Source: Paramecium tetraurelia (lineage: Eukaryota). From it: a stretch of 59,107 bases of DNA. Location of the stretch: assembly GCA_000165425.1 (NCBI GenBank), contig CT868649.1, positions 682,001 to 741,107 on the forward strand, read 5' to 3'. Made by a program: the position numbers and the translations under genes. Shown here in pieces: positions 51,301-59,107 of this stretch. Every line of letters starts with the position of its first letter. Position 1 is the first letter of the stretch. Under the pieces are notes generated by a model that saw only the letters and a program-made list of their open reading frames with translations, was not told the DNA's origin and did no database searches.

Positions 51301-54300
51301 ATGAAGACATTTTACTTTTTACATTTCTTTTCATTTTTAGAGACCATACACACTTAATATCTCACATCTGTTGATTCTTTCTTTTAAACAAAGGAAACAA
51401 TCTTAGCACTAAACGGGGAGATTACAAACGATTTTGGGATAGTTTTTGGAATTTGGTCTAAGTACAATCCCTTAAACAAAATATCATAAGGAGGGATTAT
51501 CGGAGTGATGGATAGCAATTGTTTTCATTAAATGAATTTTATGAGGGAATCTTTCGGATAATTAGAATTATTATATTACGATTGTCTTTACCCTGAAAGC
51601 TAAACAATTAAGAAAATTCTAGCCTACAATACTGCAGAAGGATTGTAACATGTCTATAAAGTGGAGATTGACACATTCGAGTATGAGAATGTTTGGTATT
51701 TATTTGAATTACTTTATTCACCATCTGCTAATAAGCTTGAAGTAATCATGGTAAAAGAAGATCAATTTGTATTACATAAATTGTTAGATGTGAACATAAT
51801 CAAAACAGAAAACTTAATCTTAACGATTGGAAGTGATCTTATTGTACAAAATTCAAATATAGAATCTATAGAGGTCGGATCAAGATTTTCATATTTTCCA
51901 GGGTAAATAAAATTACTAAAGGTAAATCAGAAAATTATTACAAAATTAGACCCTTAAATATTGGGAAAAGCAGTGTATGTATTATTTTTTGATACAATAT
52001 CTGAATAATAGTGCAAATAAAATAATTAATATTCTCTTTTAGATCAAGATATAACTTGGTTGGATAAAAAGATTTTTCTCTCCTAAAACGTAAACATTAA
52101 TTCATTTACATTTTCTGGTTGGTATAAAATCAAAGAAATTCATTAATTTGATGATAAGTTTACTTTTTAATTTTTGAGGATAATGCCAAATTTTGAAAAT
52201 GATTAATTCTCTAATCCTAATTTATCACCCTTTTAATTATTCTATAAAATATCTTCTAATAGTAATAAAATTTTAATCACTACTTATAGTTATAAATTTC
52301 CCTCTATTACCTTAGATTTTACTAATATCGATAATGCTTTTATTATTTCAAAAGAATTCGAAATATTACATAAATTTACTTTTTGGCATTACTTACTAGT
52401 TAAATTAGTAGATGATTAAATCTTTATTTCTATTACATTTTATGATTCGCCTGTTATTTATGAATATTCTGATTTTTATAAAGTAAAACAATTCCACAAC
52501 ATATAATTTAAATTGCTTTAAGGAAATTTAGAAAATTCTGCTTTAAATTACATTAATATATAAACAAGAAATTAATATTTTTATAATTGTTAATTTTAAA
52601 TAGAACAGCAAAAGTGTCATTATAGTTGTAAAGAATGTGATGGTCCAACAGAAACAGATTGTTTATCATGCCCTGAAGAATCTTCAAGAATATATCAATC
52701 ATAATATAAATCATGCATATGCCCTCATTAATATTATGATGATAAAGTTAATTAGAATTGTAAATCTTATAGTGATTTATTACTAATAATAAATGAAATG
52801 CAAATAGAAAATGGATGCAAATTTGGTTATTTTGAATTCGATGATTCATGTTAGGCATGGTAAATATTTGTTTATATCAAGCCCTTCTATAATATCTAAT
52901 TCATTAACAACATGTCTAGAGTGCATCTAAAATGTAAAGGGATGGAAGCAAAATTCATATTGTTAAACTACTCTTTACATAAATTCAAATGGATATACAG
53001 TAAAAACTATATCTGAAGAGGATTATAATTACTATGTTTTTGATGGATCGGAATTTTCAATTTGTAGATTTTGCGATTAATCATCCTTGTCAAATCTTGA
53101 TAATTTATACCAAGACTTTAATTTTTTAACTTCAAAATTTATGTTATTTTGTAAATTTAACAACAACATTTTTGATACATCATTTATCAATGATATTTGC
53201 TTTGAATGTAATTTACCTAATTGTCGTATTTGTTCCTTAGAAATAACACATATTAGATGTATTTAATGCAAAATTTCTTTTAACTTAATAAATGGAATCT
53301 GTACAAATAAATTTGAAGTTCAAAAAAATAATAGTTGCATTCCTCCTTTATACAAAAATTCTAATGGAGAATGCAAACGATGCATACTTGCAAATTGTAA
53401 ATATTGTTTTGAATTTAATAAAATCGACTTATAAAAATCCACTTTGCATGCAGGCTTTAATAAATTTGATTCAGATGAAAATCTAGCTCTTGGATGTGCA
53501 CTTTGTGAAGAAAATTTTATTTATGATTTTATTATTGGAGAATGTATTTAGAAATAATCATCTTTGCCTAACTGCATAAGATCTTTTATTAATCTAGAAA
53601 ATTAAGAAATATGCACTTTATCATCAACTGATTTTAATATTGCACCAGAAATAATTAATTGTAATAAGTTTATCTAAAACTGTTTATAATGTCTTTTGAC
53701 TCCACAATCTGTAATCAAATGTATCATTTGTTAAAGTGGATTTACTAGTTCCATAAATCTAGGAAATTGTTATCCAAATTCATTTGCTGATGCAAAGGTA
53801 GTGATTGAGGGGTAGACATAAAATTTTGATGCTTGGGTTTAGAGAGTTTAAAGTTTTATGATGAAATTTCTACCAAATTAGTATTTTTATTTAAGACCAT
53901 ATGATGAATAAACTCTTTTATAATTTTAAGTTGAATGTAAGGAAGGATACAAGTTAAATTTTTAATAGGATTGTAAAAAATATTGCACTTCTGATTGTTT
54001 GGAATGTCTATAATCAATTAATTCTGATTATTTTACTTGTGCAAAATGCCCATTAAATTAATACTATTAACCCATTCTTAGTGAAGCAGATGGCTAATGC
54101 TTAGAATGTGCTGAATTGTGTGAAGTTTGTGAAAGACGATCCGAAGCAGAAATTTATGTAAGCAAATTTAATTAATTTAGAAACTAAATCCAAACTTTAA
54201 GATTAATGAGATAAATAGAAAATATACAAATAAATGTATCAGAAAAATTTCAAACCCAAACGTACTTATCGATCCATAACTTTTAATTCCTAAATATTGT

Positions 54301-57300
54301 TTTGTTTTAATTTGTAATTAAGAAATGATTATTGAGTTAGCTAATTATTTTGATGTCGATACTTAGATTAATGTCTAATATTGTAATTAAATAGGAATCA
54401 ACAACATATCTATACTATTTATTTATAAAAATGATATTGACTATAATAACAGAGTTCTATGTAAAACAGAATTGAAAACAAAAATTTTTAGTTTAAGAGT
54501 TATCAAGCTTGTATTAACTTTTTCTGAAAATAATTTTAATTCTGTTAATTTATCTGGCTTTGACTAGATAGAAATAAATGATGCACATTTCCTATTCAAA
54601 ACTCAAGATCATATTTAATTTGAAAATAAATAGTAGCCAGTACTTTTATTTTTAAAAAAGATTATAATTAATTAAAGTTCAATTTCAAATGTAAATTCGG
54701 TTTTCGATTCAGATTTATTTGGAGATATCACTTTGAAGGATATATTAATAATTGATTCAAATTTTAATAATTCTTCATTTTTCAATCTTAAATATATTTC
54801 AGGAATTATTAAAATTGAGAAAATGATTATCAAATAATGCAACTTTACAAATTCATCATTTTTTTAATTATTTAACAATCATATCAAGAATGTTTAAAAT
54901 AGAAAAATTAAGAGAATTAATGAAATGGCAACTTTGGTAAATTCATTCGTTTATCACTTTTTTTCAACATAATCCACCTCTGAAATGTTAATTTGAAAGG
55001 AAATAATTATTTTAATTAACTTCTAACCGCCCTTTATTAATCATATTTTTTTAAATATTTCAAAATAACTTTCATCTTTAAATGATTGACTTTATTTTTG
55101 AATAAAATTGGATAGAAATGTCTACTGTAATTGGATTTAGTTCCAATACAACTTTGTGGAAGACTTAATTACTTAAAAATTAATTTATTAATTCTTATTT
55201 TTTGGCTGGTCTGGAGATTGATAGAAAGAGAATAATAAATTGTTAAATCCAAAATTAATAAATTCTTCAAAATCATTTCATAAAATCCAATTTATTTTAT
55301 GTCGAATCAACAATTACAAATAAAAATTTATACGTATAATTAAAATCTCTTATAATTTCTGATAATTTCAGAGGAATTAATGAAAAATCATAAATCACTT
55401 TATTTAAAATTCATTGCTTCCAATTAGAAATTGAGAACATTTAGATAATTAATTCAAATAACTTCCTTATATTCTATCTTTTTGAAATAACAAAACTTTT
55501 TGCTTCAAATATTGTATTTAAAAATCTAGAAATCAATTATAAAGTTAGTCAAAATATAAATTGTGTATAATATAATTATTATGTTCAAAATTAACTCCTT
55601 TTCATGTATGGATTCGATATAATTATTATAAAAAACATTACAATTTATTAGTAATGGAGTATTGATTAATCATTGTTGTAGATATTATCAAGCAAAAATA
55701 ATATATCAATTTAAAGTAAAACTTTACAATTTATAGATTTATAGTTTCTAGGAAACTTGTTGATTAAATAGTTCTAATCTAGTATATCATCTTTTATTAC
55801 AATAGAATCTGAATAAATATCTCACATCTATCAATTTAAAGTAAAACTTTACAATTTATAGATTTATAGTTTCTAGGAAACTTGTTGATTAAATAGTTCT
55901 AATCTAGTATATCATCTTTTATTACAATAGAATCTGAATAAATATCTCACATCAAATTGCATAATGTAGTTTTCATAAGAAATTTCTTACATTCTTACAT
56001 CGATAGTTCATAAGAATCTAGAATACATCTAATTTAGATAATATCATTGGCAGGACTCATTGAGATTAATAATCTTACTTGTTAGAATAATGCACTAACT
56101 AATTCTTCAAGTTCATTTATATCTTTGAAATCAAAAATCATACAAATATCCAATTGTAGTATTTCAAACCTTAATGTATTACCTAAAGAATTATGGAATT
56201 TTTATTATGATTTTTCAATAGACATGGATAAATTTGATTAGGAATAGATCAATTTAATCATTTAATAAATTTTCACAATCAAATGCTAAGGTGTTCTAAT
56301 AATAGCATCTACCTTTTCTTGTTTCAATTGTTTTTTTGAAGATATTATAGGATAAAAAAGCTCTATATTCGAGATAAGAAGTTTAGAAGATGGAAATATC
56401 TAATTCACAAATCTAACTATTAGATCATTAGAATATGATTTATCTAAAATATTAGATAGTTCAGGTTGTATAACCATTGATTCTTCTAATAGTTTACTTA
56501 ATTTACAAATCCTTAATGCAAATTTTTTAAAGATATTTAATCGAATGGCAGCATCAATTTTTACAATTTTTCCATCATTATGGAAGAATGAAGTAAGTAT
56601 TTAGGATATTTTAATTATCAATTCAATTTCATTAAAGAATACAATAATTAATTTATAATTTTCATCATAAAGTATGAATTACAATAAAGTAATTCTTAGA
56701 AATATAACAATATAATAGGAGGAGGATATTTGGTTTAAGTATTTTGAAATGATTGAAATGATTACTTAATCCGAAATATAAGATTTAACAACCGGTTCTA
56801 ATGCTTTAATTCAATTAAAAAATAGTAAAGTTATTTTGTAAAATATTCTCATTAAAGGGCTGTTTGGTTTTACTTTAATAAAATTGTATAATATTTCAAA
56901 GTTATTTATCTATTAATTTTAGGTGAATGATATTAAAACATTTTCTTAATTCAGTCTATTTGAAATAAAATCAGATTTATTGATAAAATAAACCATAGTA
57001 ATTAAATTCTCTTAATTTTAATAATTTCAAATTTACGAATATTAGGATGAGCCTCTCATCTACAAACCTAAAATTAAATACATGAGCCTAGATTGCAATT
57101 TAATTGAAAATAACCTATATAACTCCATAATTTTTAATTTTTAGGATTTCCTTTTACTCATGTATTATAATTCGAGATTATGGTCAATAATTGACATTTA
57201 AACTCTTTCAAATTAAACCGTTTTGTATTTGGAAAATATACTATTATCAAAAGTTGCTTGTCCCATTTGCACAAATGGAATATTTTCTTTGAATATGGTA

Positions 57301-59107
57301 AATTCTAGTTCAATAATAATTAGAGACTTAACGTGTACATATAATAATCTTTCACATTATGGATGCTTANNNNNNNNNNNNNNNNNNNNNNNNNNNNNNN
57401 NNNNNNNNNNNNNNNNNNNNNNNNNNNNNNNNNNNNNNNNNNNNNNNNNNNNNNNNNNNNNNNNNNNNNNNNNNNNNNNNNNNNNNNNNNNNNNNNNNNN
57501 NNNNNNNNNNNNNNNNNNNNNNNNNNNNNNNNNNNNNNNNNNNNNNNNNNNNNNNNNNNNNNNNNNNNNNNNNNNNNNNNNNNNNNNNNNNNNNNNNNNN
57601 NNTTTATTTTTAATGTATGTTTAACATCAATTAAGAGAATTTTATTAAAACTTTCTTATTATTCAACAGTTATAAGAGCTATGATCAATACCTTTCAGAT
57701 AATTTATTTGAATACCCAACCCATTTAAGCTTATTTATAAATTCTTAAGAAATGTAATCAGATGAACTTCAAATTAACAATAAAACAGTTAGAATGCTTC
57801 TGCTCAAACCTTATAAAATAATTGAGCAAGGAGTTAGTAAAATGAGTTCATATTTGATGATCCCAAGTGATTAAGCACTTAAAGAGTATAAAATTTATAT
57901 TCCTACTTTACAAATAAGTTTTAACATATTTAATGATTTTAAAATATAATTAAAAAATAGTAGGAATGAATTGATGACGAATGTCAATCATTTCTAATGC
58001 CAAATTACACAAACAACTTTAGAATTAAGTTAAGACTTTTTATTAACCGAATCTTAAGTTATTGCTATTCTTGAAACAAATGAGGATAAAGATTCTTTTG
58101 ATTTAGGATCTATATCCTTTCATTAAAATCCATATCAGATCGAAAATCAAAGTTTATAGATATTAATAGATTGTTATGATTAAATTTCCGAAAAACATTT
58201 ATATTATATAATCAAAGCATTAACATATAAATGCTAATTAGGAGAATTTTATGTTGATGAAGGGTGTTAAATTTGTGAGTCAATATTCGGATATTATTCA
58301 GTAACTTATAATGCTACAAAATGCTCAATATTTGATAAAATTAAATTTGCAAATATAACTTCAAATTCAATCTAATTATTGGAAGGATTTTGGAGACCAA
58401 ATTTATACTCTGATTATACAGAAAATTGTTTTAAGAATGTGAAATTTTGTAAAGGGGGTTGGATGGTTGGTAACTAACTTTGCAGTGTTGGACATTTGGG
58501 AGGTTTGTGTGAAGAATGTGATTCTCATAATATTAAAGGGGAAGGATAATTTTTTAAGAATTAATAGAATGCTGAATGCTTTAATTGCTCTACCAATACA
58601 ATTACTCCCTTTATTTTGACTTCTCTGTGGTAATAAAATATAATTATTAGAGGGCTATCATTATGATTCTAATAACTTTAAAAAGTATTGAAAAATCAAA
58701 TCAATTATTCTTTGCCTGTAAACTTAACTTTAAGCCATCAATTAGCAAAATATTATTTAAATTGGGTTAAGGTACCATTATAATTGTAAAAAGTTAGATA
58801 TGGAAAGTATATTCATTAAGATGGTATTAAACTATTTATGGATATTTTCTGTCATATTTACATTTAATATTTATTTTTCAATTTCGCTCTCCTTTATTGA
58901 ACCAACTAGCAATGCTTCATAATTCCTGGCATTTAGCCTTGATTGCTTTTTATCAAATACTTTTAAGCATGAACTCATTTATATCAGAATTATAGCTACT
59001 TTTTTATTAATTCTAATATAATTTATGATTATTTAGCTTGGATATAGCATTTTTACACTTTTCACAAAAGAAAGATTCCAAACAAGCTTTATTTAGTTGT
59101 ATCGGAC
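51301..59107 (+). CDS. Giant cysteine-rich surface/membrane protein (furin-like repeats, beta-helix-like repeats, C-terminal TM region); incomplete, frame disrupted in this assembly
   Basis: Signal-like start MKTFLLLHFFSF; CHYSCKECDGPTETDCLSC and CxxC repeats 52600-54300; N/S/I/F-rich beta-helix-like repeats 54500-57360; CQLGEFY..CQIC..GFWR..C.GG..GHLGGLCEECD, then TM helices. Indels ~54880-55420, a 125-bp duplication and an N gap interrupt it. Confidence 0.75.
55704..55953 (+). repeat. Perfect 125-bp direct tandem duplication
   Basis: TATCAATTTAAAGTAAAAC...GAATAAATATCTCACATC occurs at 55704-55828 and again at 55829-55953. Confidence 0.92.
57370..57602. other. Assembly gap
   Basis: Run of N. 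Confidence 1.

Noticed and set aside
57223..57728. ORFs containing long X runs
   Set aside because: Artefacts of translating the N gap.
1..59107. CRISPR arrays, tRNAs, transposases, telomeric repeats, prokaryotic operons
   Set aside because: None seen by eye. The DNA is eukaryotic, and no repeat-spacer pattern, cloverleaf, DDE/RT motif or C4A2/C3A3 tract was found.

Overview
This is very AT-rich, gene-dense eukaryotic DNA that uses the ciliate genetic code (TAA/TAG = Gln, TGA the only stop) with 20-30 nt GT..AG introns and intergenic spacers as short as about 30 bp. It is almost certainly Paramecium macronuclear sequence. The supplied ORF track uses the standard code and ignores introns, so it fragments every gene; I re-read the genes by hand, and boundaries of hypothetical genes are approximate. 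Recognisable genes are an alpha-kinase (partial), casein kinase 1, kinesin-2, a 5S rRNA, cathepsin C, an AGC kinase, a decayed coatomer beta' pseudogene, TPR proteins, a cyclin, a DHHC palmitoyltransferase, RNase T2, ATP synthase delta, a CAMK-like kinase, a centrin-like protein, two NSS/SLC6 transporter paralogs, eIF3i, a dual-specificity pseudophosphatase and a giant Cys-rich surface protein that runs off the window end. The most striking element is a ~5.2 kb minus-strand gene (24223-29421). It appears to fuse WD40-like repeats, leucine-rich repeats, an XK-related (Xkr scramblase-like) transmembrane module, a degenerate protein-L-isoaspartate O-methyltransferase-like domain and a C-terminal ZZ-like zinc finger. 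Other points of interest are a Josephin/papain-like orphan protease, a gene-conversion tract and remodelled Na1 site in the NSS paralogs, and a perfect 125-bp tandem duplication in the surface-protein gene.
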